Assembly: GCF_036365525.1 (NCBI RefSeq)
Contig: NC_090382.1
Span: forward strand, 111,448,372 to 111,512,371
DNA length: 64,000 bases
Direction: 5' to 3'
DNA from: Heterodontus francisci
Lineage: Eukaryota
Shown here piece by piece: positions 23,807-36,790 of this stretch. A program made the translations under genes and the position numbers. Within the stretch, counting starts at the first letter, position 1. Every line of letters starts with the position of its first letter. The notes below the pieces were generated by a model. That model did not search any database. It saw only the letters and a program-made list of their open reading frames with translations, and was not told where the DNA came from.

Positions 23807-25285
23807 TTCCCCTGTCAGCATTCCGAAGGGATCGTTCCCTCCGTGACACCCTGGTCCAATCCTCCATTACCCCCACCACCTCATCTCCTTCCCTTCCTCG
23901 ACTTCTCTGTCTCCATCTCTGGGATTGACTGTCTATTAATATCCATTATAAACCCACCGACGCCCAAAGCTACCTCGACTACACTTCTTCACACCCTGCC
24001 TCCTGTAAGGACTCCATTCCAATCTCCCAGTTTCTCCATCTCCGGCACATATGCTCTGATGATGCTACCTTCCAAGACAGCGCTTCTGATATGTCTTCCT
24101 TTTTCCTCAACCGAGGATTGCCTACCCCCACCCCCCCCCCCCCCCCCACACTGTGGTTGACAGGGCCGTCTACCGTATTCGGCCCATTTCCCGCACCTCT
24201 ACCCTCACTTTCCACCCCATCAGTCTCCATATCCAAAGGATCATCCACTGCCATTTCCGCCACCTCCAGTGTGATGCCACTACCAAACGCATCTTCCCCT
24301 CCGTTCCCCTGTCAGCATTCAGAAGGGATCGTTCCCTCCGTGAGACCCTGGTCTACTCTTCCATTACCCCACCACCTCATCCCCTTCCCACGGCACCTTC
24401 CCCTGCAATCGCAGGAGGTGTAATACCTGCCCATTTACCTCCTCTCTCCTCACTATCCCAGGCTCCAAACACTCCTTTCAGGTGAAGCAGCGATTTACTT
24501 GTACTTCTTTCAATGTAGTGTACTGTATTCTCGGCTCACAATGTGGTCTCCTCTACACTGGGGAGACCAAACGCAGACTGGGTGATCATTTTGTGAAACA
24601 CCTCCGCTCAGTCCACAAGCAGGACCCCGAGCTTCCGGTTGCTTGCCAACTCAACACACACCCCTGCTCTCATGCTCACATCTCTGTCCTGGGATTGCTG
24701 CAGTGTTCCAGTGAACATCAACGCAAGCTCGAGGAACAGCATCTCATTTATCGACTAGGCACACTACAGACTGCCAGACTGAACATTGAGTTCAATAATT
24801 TCAGAGCATGACGGGCCCCCCATTTTACTTTCATTTTTAGTATTTTTTTTCCTTTTTTATATATATATTCTTTTGTGTTTATTTTATTGTATTTCATCTT
24901 AGTTTGTTCAGTTTGCTTACCCATTGTTTTTATTTCATGTTTGTACTTGCTGCTGTTCAATTTTCAGTCCGTTAACACTGAATCTGTACGAATGCTTTGT
25001 CTTTCAACACACCATTAACTTATGTTTGCTCCATGCCTTTCTGGTCAGCTATTCTGTGACCTTGTCCTATCTACGCCTTCTTCTTTGTTATCTCTTGCCC
25101 CACCTCCACTTTACTTGCTTATAACCTTTTACATTTCTAATATTTGCCAGTTCTGAAGAAGGGTCACTGACCTGAAACGTTACCTCTGCTTCTCTCTCCA
25201 CAGATGCTGCCAGACCTGCTGAGTATTTCCAGCATTTCTTGTTTTTATTTCAGATTTCCAGCATCCACAGTACTTTGCTTTTTAA
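23807..25285 (+). mobile_element. 5'-truncated Penelope-like element: RT thumb remnant, GIY-YIG endonuclease, pseudo-LTR
   Basis: LPFLDFSV..HYKPT..SYLDYTSSHPASCKDSIP (frameshifted); 24482-24811 FTCTSFNVVYC..CGLLYTGETKRRL..H...EQHLIYRLGTL...LN; 10-bp target-site duplication TGCAGAAGTA (23797-23806, 25286-25295). Confidence 0.9.
25146..25189 (+). ncRNA. Putative minimal type I hammerhead ribozyme in the PLE pseudo-LTR
   Basis: CTGAAGA-A-GGGTCACTGACCT-GAAACGTT: CUGANGA and GAAA boxes flanking a hairpin. Confidence 0.6.
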
Positions 25286-26639
25286 TGCAGAAGTAGGGCC
25301 TGGTACAGAGTTACAGCAGGCTGCTGGAGCTGTTATAGGATTACATAGGATTATATGATCCAGAAATAAGCCATTCAGCCCAACTAGTCCATGCCAGCAT
25401 TTATGTTCTGTTTGAGCCTCTTCACATCTTTCCTCATCTAAATCTATCATCATAAGTCTCTATTTGCTTCTCCCTCATCTGCTTATCTAGCTTCCCCTTA
25501 AATGCATCTATACTATTCACTTCAACCACACCCTGTGGTAGTAAGTTCCACATTCTCACCACTCCTCAGAAAAAGAAGTTGCTTCTCAATTTGCTATTGA
25601 ATTTCATGATGGCTATCTCATATTGATGGCCTCTAGTTATGCTCTTCCCCACAAGAGAAAAATTCTCTCTGTATCCACTCTATCAAAACCTTGAATAATA
25701 TTAAAGATCTGTATGAGGTTACCACTCAGCCTTATTTTTTTTCAAAAAAGGCAGCATATTATTGAGCAGGGATTCTTCTGAACAATCCAATTCCTGCCCA
25801 AATCATCAGCATTTCCTCATTCCATTCAGTCAGTCCTGACACATACCATTGCAATATTATCAACGAGTACAAATTCAAGCATGTTGAGTATAAGAGTAAG
25901 GAAGCTTGCAGCGATTGTATAAGGCTTTGGTGAGACACAACCAGGAATACTGTGTACAGTTTGATTTCCTTATCCAAGGAAGAATGTACTTGCTTTAAAA
26001 GGGGGGGGGGGGGTGTTCAATGAAGGTTCACTACATCACTCAAATTATAAAGACCAACAAGTAGAGCAAATCACAACATTTACTTCTCGCAGCCGCAACT
26101 CTTGATTTCACTAATGGCTAAATGACTTGTACGTGACCACAAATCACTCTTAACAAAGCCCTAGTGCTGTCTTGCCTGCTCTTTTACCAAGTCTGGTGCT
26201 CCTGTGAGATGGTTTTTCAGTGTTTCAGAGATTGTGAGATGGAAGGCATTTGAATGTTCACTGATGTTATTTTAGTTGGGCGTGGTCAGCATCCTTGTAG
26301 AGCATATTTCAGCACCATTGATGAGTGGCAACAAACTGCTGTAGCTTAACTTTGGTGTGAATATAAACGGGAATGGTATCATAGTAGTAATGTTACTGGA
26401 CTAGTAATCCAAAGGTCTGGTCTAATGTCCACTGCAGCTGATGGGATTTAAATTGAATTCAATTAAAATAAATCTAAAAGCTAGTATCAGGAATGACGAT
26501 CATGAAACTATTGGATTCTTGTAAAAAGGACTATCTGGTTCATTCATGTCCTTCAAGAAGAAACCCTACCGTCTTTACCCAGTATGGCCTACATATGACT
26601 TCAAACCCATAACAATGCAGTTGACTCTTAACTGCCCTC

Positions 26640-27830
26640 TAAAATGGCCTATCAGGTGTCTCGGTTGCATCAAACCAGCACAGAAAATTCAAATAAGAAT
26701 ATAACTGGATGGACCATCTCGCATTGACCTAAGCACCGGAAACACCAAAGGCACACCCTGCCCTGTCAACACTGCAAAGTCCTCCTAACTAATATCTGGG
26801 GACTTGTGCCAAAATTGGGAGAGTTGTCCCACAGACTAGTCAAGCAACAAACTGACATAGTCATATTCACTGAATCAAAGCTTAAAGACCTCATTTCAGC
26901 CTTGGTCCAAACAGGGACAAAAGAGCTGAATACAAGAGGATAGCGATTTGCATTGACATGATGGCAGCATGTGACAAGAAGGGAGCTCCAGCAAAATTGA
27001 AGTCAATGGGAATTTTGGGTTTAAATCTCTACTGATTGGAGCCTTACCAAGCACAAAGGAAGATGGCAGTGCTTGTTGGAGGCCAATCATCGAAGTCCAA
27101 AACATCCCTGCAGGAGTTTCTCAGAATAGTGTCCTAGGCCAATTCAACTTAATGGCTTAATCAATGACCTTCACTCCATCATAAGGTCAGAGATGGGGAT
27201 GTTGACTGATGATTGCACAATGTTCAGTATCATTCACAACTCATCAGGCAATGATGCAGTCTGTGCCAACTTGCAGCAAGGCTTGCATGGCATTTAGCCT
27301 TGGACTAATAAGTAGTGAGTAACATTCGCACCACACAAGTTCCAGGCAATGACCATCTCCAACAAAAGGGAATCTAACCATCTCCCCTTGACATTCAGCT
27401 GCGTTACAATCGCTGAATCCCCCATCATCAACATCCTGCGGGGGGGGGGGGGGTGGGGGGGTGGAGGTGGTGGTACCCATGGACCAGAAACTTAACTGGC
27501 CCGGCCATATGCTGTGGCTACAAGAGCAGGGTCAGAGGTTGGACATCTTTTGGTGAGTAACTCACCTCCTGACACCCCAAAACCGGTACAACATTTACAA
27601 GGCACAAGTCAGGATTATGATGGAATACACTTCACTTGACTGCTTGAGTGCAGCTCCAACATCATTCAAAAAGCTCAACACCATCCAGGACAAAGAAGCT
27701 TGCTTGGTCCGCACCCCATCCACCATCTTAAACATTCACTGTTTCCATAATCGACCCACTGTGTGTACCATCTACAAGGTGCACTGCAGCAATCTCCCAA
27801 GCCTCCTTCGACAGCACCTTCCAAACTCAA
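26640..27830 (+). mobile_element. Internally deleted CR1-group LINE
   Basis: Homologous to 4510-6945; MEYTSLDCLSAAPTSFKKLNTIQDK. Boundaries approximate. Confidence 0.65.
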
Positions 27831-28092
27831 CATTTACTTGCATGGTCTCAATGCCACGCTCACAACTTGGAGCTAGATTCACCTATACTCTCCAATATTA
27901 TGTACAAGTGCAGTAGCAGGCAGCCGAGTGTACTGAGCAGGTCCATATGGATTGCCATCAGTCTTTTTATGTATAACAGGCCCTCTATGTGCTCATCTGT
28001 AGCCTGCACAGCAGGGCTGCAATGCAAGCTGTCCTTCTGGTGATCCACTTACGGGGCCATCCTATCATCTTGCTCCTGCAAACTCGTGTTAT

Positions 28093-28412
28093 AGAGAGAG
28101 AGAGAGAGATACAGCACTGAAACAGGCCCTTCGGCCCACTGAGTCTGTGCCGACCAACAACCACCCATTTATACTAATCCCTCATTAATCCCATATTCCC
28201 TACCACCTACCTATACTAGGGGCAATTTACAATGGCCTATTTACCTATCAACTTGTAAGTCTTTGGCTGTGGGACGAAGCCAGAGCATCTGGTGGAAACC
28301 CATGTGGTCACAGGGAGAACTTGCAAACGCCACACAGGCAGTACCCAGATCCAAACCCAGGTCGCTGAAGCTTTGAGGCTGCAGTGCTAACCACTGCGCC
28401 ATTGTGCCGCCC
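28093..28412 (-). mobile_element. tRNA-derived SINE (HE1/V-SINE-like) with (TC)n tail
   Basis: Homologous to 5536-5896; abuts the LTR at 28415. Confidence 0.85.
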
Positions 28413-28822
28413 TATGCTATATGGTCAGTGTGATGTTAGCATTAAATGAGGATAGTAGAGTTTGGGTCAAAGTAACAGGAGTTTATTTACAGGGGTCTTC
28501 TTACTAGGGTATCTACATGAACACTGAGCAGCACGAGGTTCAGACTCGTGGCATCATATCATTTGATGATGCTTATGTTCATTAAACATAATCTACCCAG
28601 CAACAGCTTATGTCCATTATACTACATCTCCCCCAAGTCTCTGACTTCATTCATCAGGTTTGTAATACTGCAACGTTCTCACGACTCTGCCATAGTGTGT
28701 GAGTGGAACTATTGGATGACGAATGTTCACTATTTTCACTGTCATCTGGGTGATCTGTTGTTGGTTGTATCACAAATTCATCGATTCTCTCTGGTAGCTG
28801 ATTCTCTCGATCTTTCATTAAT

Positions 28823-29381
28823 TCTTCTGGACGGTATTATCCCTTTGCAAGATGGAGGAGTACCATAACCGTCCCTTTCACGTGAGGGAGGTCCTCTTGA
28901 GCCACTTTCTTTTTCACCATACCTCCACTTTACGTTGGCCTCGAAGGAAGGGGCCTTTTAGGTGGTGGTACATTCCTCTTCAGATAGTACTTTTTTTTTC
29001 TCTCCTGAATGCACTCACCAAGACTACCTTTTTGAAGGGGACCACTCATTCCTCCTCAAATCCTCCTAGGCGCACCGTGGCTTCTTGGGGGGTGGGGGGG
29101 TGAAGGTAGTCTACGTCACCTACTATTTTCAAATGCTGGTATAGTAGCTTGGGTTTTCCATCCAAAGGCTTCCCATTCATAACCCATGCTGCATCTCCCA
29201 CATCCCCTTGACTTTCATTGGTAACAAAAGCAAAAGTCCTTGACTTATTTGTTTCGCAATCCTCCATCAGCTGGACTTCTACTATTCTTCCCTATATGTC
29301 AAACACCACTTCAAGTGCCTTTTCATTTGTTTCAGTATTCAGACCACCAATGAAACGTTTTCTGGGATGATCTACTTCCAC
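28823..29381 (-). pseudogene. RBMX: Processed RBMX (hnRNP G) retrocopy: RRM plus P/R/G-rich region, inside the LTR element
   Basis: Minus strand reads [121 protein letters not shown], colinear with the RBMX N-terminus; stops, frameshifts, no introns. Confidence 0.9.
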
Positions 29382-29872
29382 CCTGCATAACTTCTGTAAG
29401 TCTAGGTAAGCTTTCTGACCGAGTATTGAACAGGCTTGGTTCTGAATAACATATAGGGTTTCTAGAATGGTGCTGTTTCTGTTTGTTAAGGTTGTCTGTA
29501 TTTCTCCAACAACCTTCAACTGAATCATTCCTGGACCATATAATTTTTTGTTGGTTTTCCTATGCCTTTCCTTCCTCTGCCAAGGTGTTTGGTCAGATAG
29601 GCTAGAAAGCACTGCTCCTGTATCTAATTTGAAATTTGTTTTATTTTCTAAGATTTCTGCTTCCCAGCAATCTTATTTTTTTTGTCCTTGCCCTTCTCCT
29701 AGGAAGAGACGATTAATTGCTTGTCCCACCTTTATTTCCTCTATCTTTTTACCAGCACTGCAGCATTTGTTTTCTGCTGCGACAGTCCTGCTGAAAGTGC
29801 CCCCTTCTCTTGCACCAGAAACATTCAGCTTCCTGGGCTGAGCAATTTTCCCACTGGTGCCATTCCCGAACA

Positions 29873-32800
29873 CATATAGAACACAGAACATAGAACAGTA
29901 CAGCACAGTACAGGCCCTTCGGCCCACGATGTTGTGCCGAACATTTAACCTACTCTAAGATCAAACTAACTACCTACGCTTCATTCCACTATCATCCATG
30001 TGCCTATCCAAGAGTTGCTTAAATGCCCCTAATGTATCTGCTTCTACTACCACCGCTGGCAGCGCATTCCACGCACCCACCACTCTCTTTGTAAAGAACC
30101 TACCTCTGACATCTCCCCGAAACCTTCCTCCAATCACCTTAAAATTATGCCCCCTGGTGATAGCCCTTTCCACCCTGGGAAAAAAATCTCTGGCTATCCA
30201 CTCTATCTATGCCTCTCATCATCTTGTACCCCTCTATCAAGTCACCTCTCATCCTTCTTCGCTCCAATGCGAAAAGCCCTAGCTCCCTCAATCTTTCTTT
30301 GTAGGACATGCCCTCAAGTCCAGGCAGCATCCTGGTAAATCTCCTCTGCACCCTCTCTAAAGCTTCCACATCCTTCCTATAATGAGGCGACCAGAACTGA
30401 ACACAATATTCCAAGTGTGGTCAAACCAGGGCATTATAGAGCTGCAGCATAACCTTGCGGCTCTTAAACTCAATCCCCCTGTTAATGAAAGCCAAAAGAC
30501 CATACACCTTCTTAACAACCCTATCAACTTGGGTGGCAACTTTGAGCGATCTATGGACATGGACCCCAAGATCCCTCTGTTCCTCCACACTACCAGGAAT
30601 CCTGTCTTTAAGCCTGTATTCCGCATTCAAATTCGACCTTCCAAAATGAATCACTTCACACTTTTCCAGGCTGAACTTCATCTTCCACTTCTCAGCCCAG
30701 CTCTGCATCCTGTCAATGGCCCGTTGCAACCTACAACAGCCTTCCACACTATCCACAACTCCAGCAACCTTCGTGTCATCGGCAAACTTGCTAACCCAGC
30801 CTTCCACTTCCTCATCCAAGTCATTTATAAAAATCACAAAGAGCAGAGGTCCCAGAACAGATCCTTGTGGAACACCACTGGTCACCGAGCTCCATGCTGA
30901 ATACTTTCCATCTACTACCAACCTCTGACTTCTATGGGCGAGCCAATTTTGTATCCAGACAGCCAACTTTCCCTGAATCCCATGCCTCCTTACTTTCTGA
31001 ATGAGCCTACCATGGGGAACCTTATCAAACGCCTTGCTAAAATCCATATACACCACATTCACTGCTCTTCCTTCATCAATGTGTTTTGTCACATCTTCAA
31101 AGAATTCAATAAGGCTTGTGAGGCATGACCTGCCCCTTACAAAGCCATGCTGACTGTCTCTTATCAAACCATGCTTTTCCAAATAATCATAAATCCTGTC
31201 TCTCAGAATCCTCTCCAATAATTTGCCCACTACCGACATAAGACTGACTGGTCCATATTTCCCAGGGTTATCCCTATTCCCTTTCTTGAACAAGGGAACA
31301 ACATTTGCCACCCTCCAATCATCCAGCACTACTCCAGTGGACAGTGAAGATGCAAAGATCATCGCCAAAAGCGCAGCAATTGCTTCCCTCGCTTCCCGTA
31401 ATATCCTTGGGTATATCCTGTCTGGCCCCGGGGACTTATCTGTCCTCATATCATTCAAAATTTCCAGCACATCCTCCCTCTTAACCTCAACCTGTTCGAG
31501 CATATCAGCCTGTTCCACGCTGTCCTCACAAACGACCAGGTCCCTCTCACTACTGAATACTGAAGCAAAGTATTCATTTAGGACCTCCCCTACCTCCTCC
31601 AACTCCAGGCACAAGTTCCCTCCACTATTCCTGATCGGCCCTACCCTCACTCTGGCCATCCTCTTGTTCCTCACATAAGTGTAGAATGCCTTGGGATTTT
31701 CCATAATCCTACCCGCCAAGACTTATTCATGTCCCCTTCTAGCTCTCCTCAGTCCATTCTTCAATTCCTTCCTGGCTACCTTGTAACCCTCTGGAGCCCT
31801 GTCTGATCCTTGCTTCCTCAACCTTAAGTAAGCTTCCTTCTTCCTCTTGTCATCCAAGGTTCCTTCACCCTGCCATCCCTTCCCTGCCTCATCGGGACAA
31901 ACCTATCCAGCAGTCGCAGCAAGTGCTCCCTAAACAACCTCCACATTTCTGTCGTGCATTTCCCTGAGAACATCTGTTCCCAATTTATGCTTCCCAGTCC
32001 CTGCCTAATAGCATTGTAATTCCCCCTCCCCCAATTAAATATTTTCCCATCCCGTCTGCTGTTGTCCCTCTCCATGACTATAGTAAAGGTCAGGGAGTTG
32101 TGATCACTATCACCGAAATGCTCTCCCACCAAGAGATCTGCCACCTGGCCTGGTTCGTTGCCAAGCACCAAATCCAACATAGCCTCCCCTCCAGTCGGCC
32201 TATCTACATATTGAGTCAGGAAACCTTCCTGGACACACCTGACAAAAACTGCTCCATCCAAACTATTTGCACTATGGAGGTTCCAATCAATATTAGGGAA
32301 GTTGAAGTCACCCATGACAACAACCCTGTTACTTTTGCACCTTTCCAAAATCTGCCTCCCAATCTGTTCCTCCATGTCTCTGTTGCTATTGGGGGGTCTA
32401 TAGAAAACTCCTCACAAAGTGACTGCTCCTTTCCTGTTTCTGACTTCCACCCATAATGACTCAGTAGACAAACCCTCCTCGACGACCTCCCTTTCTGCAG
32501 CTGTGATACTATCCCTGATTAGCAATGCCACTCCCCCACCTCTTTTACCTCCCTCCCTATTCCCTTTGAGACATCTCAACCCTGGAACATCCAACATCCA
32601 TTCCTGCCCCTGTGATATCCACGACTCTGTAATGGCCACAACATCGTAGCTCCAATTACTGATCCATGCTTTAAGTTCATCACCCTTATTCCTGACACTT
32701 CTTGCGTTAAAATAGACACACTTCAATCCATCATACTGGCTGCAACTTTGCCCTGTCAACTGTCTATCCTTCCTCACAGACTCTCTGCACTCGGTATCCG

Positions 32801-33780
32801 CCTGTTCAACAGCTACCCCATCCACTGATCTGTAGCTCCGGTTCCCATCCCCCTGCCAAACCAGTTTAAACCCTCCCGAAGAGCTCTAGAAAAACCTCCC
32901 GCCCAGGATATTGGTGCCCCCACCCCCCCCCCCCCCGCCCCAGTTCAGATGCAACCCGTCCTTCTTGTACGGGTCCCACCTTCCCCAGAAGGTATCGCAA
33001 TGATCTACATATCTGAATCCCTCCCTCCTGCACCAGTTCTGTAGCCACGTGTTCAGCTGCATTCGCTCCCTGTTTATAGCCTCACTAGCACGTGGCACCA
33101 GTAACAATCCTGAGAATACTACACTGCTAGTCCTGCCTTTCAGCTTCCAACCTAACTCCCTGTATTCACTTTTCAGGTCCTCATCCCTTTTTCTGGCTAT
33201 GTCATTGGTACCGATATGTACCACGACATCTGGCTGCTCCCCCTCCCCTTTAAGAATCCTGTAGACTCGATCCGAGACATCCCTGACCCTGGCACCCGGG
33301 AGGCAACATACCAGCCGGGAGTCTCGTTCGCGACCACAGAATCTCCTGTCTGTTCCTCTAACCACTGAATCTCCTATCACTATCGCTCTCCTATTCTCCC
33401 CCCTTCCCTTCTGAGCCACTGGGCCAGGCTCAGTGCCAGAGACCTGGCCAATGTGGCTTTCCCCTGGTAGGTCGTCCCCCTCAACTGTATCCAAAATGGT
33501 ATTTTTATTATTGAGGGGACGGCCACAGGGGATCCCTGCACTGTGCGTCTATTCCCTTTCCCTCCCCTGACGGTCACCCAGCTACCTTTATCCTGTAACT
33601 TAGATGTCATTACTTCCCTATAACTGCTCTCTATCACCCCCTCAGCATCCTGAATGATCCGAAGTTCATCCAGCTCCAGCTCCAGTTCCCTAATGCGGTC
33701 TGCGAGGAGCTGGAGTTGGGTGCACTTCTCACAGGTGAAGTCAGCAGGGACACCAGTGGTGACCCTCACCTCCCACCTCA
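29873..33780 (-). mobile_element. Near-full-length CR1 (HER1-like) LINE: ORF1 zinc finger/coiled coil/SGNH esterase, ORF2 APE-RT
   Basis: ORF1 CEKC..LELELDEL and IVIGDSVVR..CLPGA..VHIGTND..DGLHLN (32886-33781); APE YFNARS, ITESW, MGDFN, SDH (31824-32825); RT QHGF, YMDFSKAFD, GVPQGSVLGP, FADD (30421-31719); TTCT(A/G)TG-type repeat tail. Confidence 0.95.
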
Positions 33781-34874
33781 CACCTTCTGCAATTCAGTGT
33801 TGCTGCCTGTAGGTGTCTTCCCTGCCTCTTGGGCTTTCTGGTGCCATTACTCTCTGCCTTCTCAATGGACTCAACTGATTCCAGAATTTTTGAGGCTGGA
33901 CCGCCCCCGAACACCCCAAACTAGTGGTTGATGAAACTTTCATTCCTCTGCCTGCCTGCTCAATAAAATAGCTTTTCTCAAAGTCAGATCTTCTTTTGGC
34001 TGAACCTGATCTGTCATCTATAACCCTGACTACTATTTTGTCCCAAATCAGTTTGTCTCACATACTCCCGTAGTTGCAGTCCTCAGCTACTTTTTACAGG
34101 TCATTAATAAATGAATCGATACTTGCACCAGCTTTTTGGGTTCACTTGCTGAACTTATTCCTTTCCACGATTATATTCTTCCTCATCTGAAAGTATTCCT
34201 CCAATGTTTAAATCACTTTGCCATATGGGGTTTCTTTTTTGTCGATCCCCAGGGTAGTCAGAATGTCATCCGCACTGTCTCCCATGTCATAAAGCAAAAC
34301 ACTGACCTGTTCTTGGTCCGGTTGTGCTGTTAAACCCGATGGGGAATGGTACCTGTCGAATCTTTGAATCCATCTAGACTGCGCTTCAGCCTGGTCGGGC
34401 CCCACCACTTGCTTAAAGCTCTCTGGTAAAGGTAGAGACTTTGACATATTTGTTATCTCTTCTGTTTTCTTATGCTGCAAAAGTCTTTTTTTTTTGCCGC
34501 TGCCACCATGAATTATATTGTCAGTGTGATATTAGTATTAAATGAGGATTGTAGAATTTGGGTCAAAGTAACAGGAATTTATTTGCAGGGGTCTTCTCAC
34601 TAAGTTATCTACTTGAACACTGAGTAGCACGGCTTAAGGTCTACGTACATAATCTACCCAGCAACAAGTTATGTCCAGGAACATCTCCATCTGCAAGGGT
34701 AAGTTGAATGATAGCTCCTGGTTTACACTGTTGTGTATTTGCCTTATTATTCTGATTACTGGGAGCTAAGTGGAGTTTCTGGAACAAAAGTGTAAACAGG
34801 AGACAAGAATTGCCCTGGGAAAGCTGATTTCTAAAAGCAGCAGTAGTTTATCATTTATCATTTGTGAGGATAAA

Positions 34875-35270
34875 AAAGAAAGACTTCCATTTATACAGCA
34901 ACTTTCGTGACCACCGAGTGTCCCAAAGCACTTCACAGCAAATTAAGTACTTTTTGAAGTGCAGTCCAAGTTGTCGAGTAGGAATCGCGCCAGCCGATTT
35001 GTGCACATCAAGCTCCCACAAATAGCAGTGTGATAATGACCAGATAATCTGCTCTTGTGATATTGATTGAAGGATAAATAATGGCAGTATTCTGGGGATA
35101 ACTCCCCTGCTCTTCTTTGAAATACAGTCAGGGGATTTTTACGTCCACCTGAGAGGGCAGGCAGGGCCTCAGTTTAATGTTTCATCTGAAAGACAGCACT
35201 TCCTTAGTACTGCACTAGAGTGTCAGCTTAAGTTCTCATGTCCTGAAGCAGTACTTGGACCTAGAAGAAT
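34875..35270 (-). mobile_element. Deu/SacSINE1-like SINE
   Basis: Reverse-complement homology to 8798-9953. Confidence 0.6.
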
Positions 35271-36501
35271 GACTGTAAGTGACTAGGGAAGGGAAAAAAA
35301 GATGGCTTGAAATATGCAGGACTTCTCCTTCAGCTTCAGCAGGTCCCATGTTCCTGATTCGCCCCTGGCCCACTTTGTCCATTACCCACTCTTAAATTTG
35401 TGACAGCACATGGGTGGAACGTGGACCTCCTATGGTTATCTGCGGTGTATTTTCTGTTTTTTTGAATAAGGACAGTAAAAATTGAAAAGTTTGCCCTATT
35501 GCATGTGCTATTCATAAAATTATAGAATGGTACAGCAAAGAAGGAGGTAATTGGGCCCATCGAGTCTGTGCCAGCTCTTTCAGAGAACAACCAGTTAGTC
35601 CGACTTTCCCGCTCTTTTCCCATATCCCTGCACTACGCTCATTCATCCTTTCTGCTACCTCAACAAAAAAGACTAATTTGCGTTAGTTAAGCATGATTTT
35701 CCCTTAATCAATCCATACTAATTCTCCTATATTAGTGTATGCTTCTGCAAGTGGCTGCTAATTTTGTCCCAAATTATTCTTTCTAAAAGCTTCTTTACCA
35801 ACTACGTTAAACGTCTTGTGCTGTAATTGCCAGATTTATCTTTCTCCCCGTTTTTTAAACAAAGATGTAACATCTGAAATCCTCCAGTTCTGTGGCAGCA
35901 ACCCTACATCTTAAGGAGGATTGGATGATTGTGATCAGCACCTTTCAATTTCTACTCTTATTTCTTCCGCAACCTAGGGTGCATCCTGTCAAGACTGGGT
36001 TACTTATCGACTTTATGTACCATGCATACATGATGGTTGCATGACTGAACTTATAAAACTTTAAAAAATAATATGTAGTGTGAGTTCAGCTCTTCCCGTG
36101 TGCCGTGATTGTTTGCGCTAATTTACGCTAAGATGTTTGTTGGGAATATTATAATTAGATTGGCAGGGAATTCCGGCATATTTTGAGATTGGGAGAAAGA
36201 GCTAATTTTCGTGTCGGACCCCTGCCATGAGCCCGCGTGCGGAATTCAACGTCAATACGCGAAGAAATACGGGATACCTTCAATATTCTTTAAACCGCAA
36301 CTTTCCTTTCAGAGATAAGTATAGATAATCAGAACTTAATGATCAATGTTTGAATTTTGACGCAATATTCCTACCCTAAGAGTTGAGTTGGAGGCAATGG
36401 AACATTCGTTAAGTTAGACAGTTACTTTCCTTGCTCAGTGCAAACACAAGAATAAGCGTAACTTTCACACTTTGCATACGTCCATCTTTAATAAGCGTTC
36501 A

Positions 36502-36548
36502 GTGTAATTATTGGCAAAGACTCTCTGTGTCGCTGTCTACCAATGAGG
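36502..36548 (+). promoter_or_regulatory. CSE of variable exon C promoter
   Basis: GTGTAATTATTGG-CAAAGACTCTC-TGTGTCGCTGTCTACCAATGAGG, ~260 bp upstream of ATG 36791. Confidence 0.9.
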
Positions 36549-36790
36549 CGCTAAAATGCTGCAAGCGATCTATCCCCCCTCCCCCAATACTACGCATAAT
36601 GCAGAAACAGAGAGGAAAACAGACTCTCACTATTTGTAATCGTACATCGGAACCGTCTTTTCTGGTACTCTGATTCCTATGTATTCCGTTTTGGTTGGTA
36701 TATACTGGATATCAGTAACAGTTTTTGTTTTGGGTGGAGTGTAAATTATTTTTGCATCACTGTGAATGCAACTGCGAATTCGGACAGAGA

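Larger units (their letters stand above)
28415..34683 (-). mobile_element. Gypsy LTR retrotransposon (gag + protease, pol core absent) carrying an RBMX retrocopy and a nested CR1
   Basis: Direct-repeat LTRs 28415-28626 and 34509-34683; PBS TGGTGGCAGCGG (34497-34508, tRNA-Leu type); PPT GGGGGAGA (28627-28634). Gag SRWIQRFDRY..SGL...QVSVLLYDMGDSADDIL (34208-34480); protease FKLDTGA at ~29613-29633. Confidence 0.9.

Noticed and set aside
26030-26350. Unique-looking segment that might be another retrocopy
   Set aside because: No recognisable protein motif in the frames I read; needs a BLASTx search.
30382-31678. Long + strand ORFs, and antisense ORFs over the Pcdh exons
   Set aside because: Shadow ORFs of the CR1 RT or cadherin coding sequence with no independent protein features.
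36725-36790. N-terminal extension of exon C in the ORF track
   Set aside because: It starts at TTG; ATG 36791 aligns with the signal-peptide starts of B and D.
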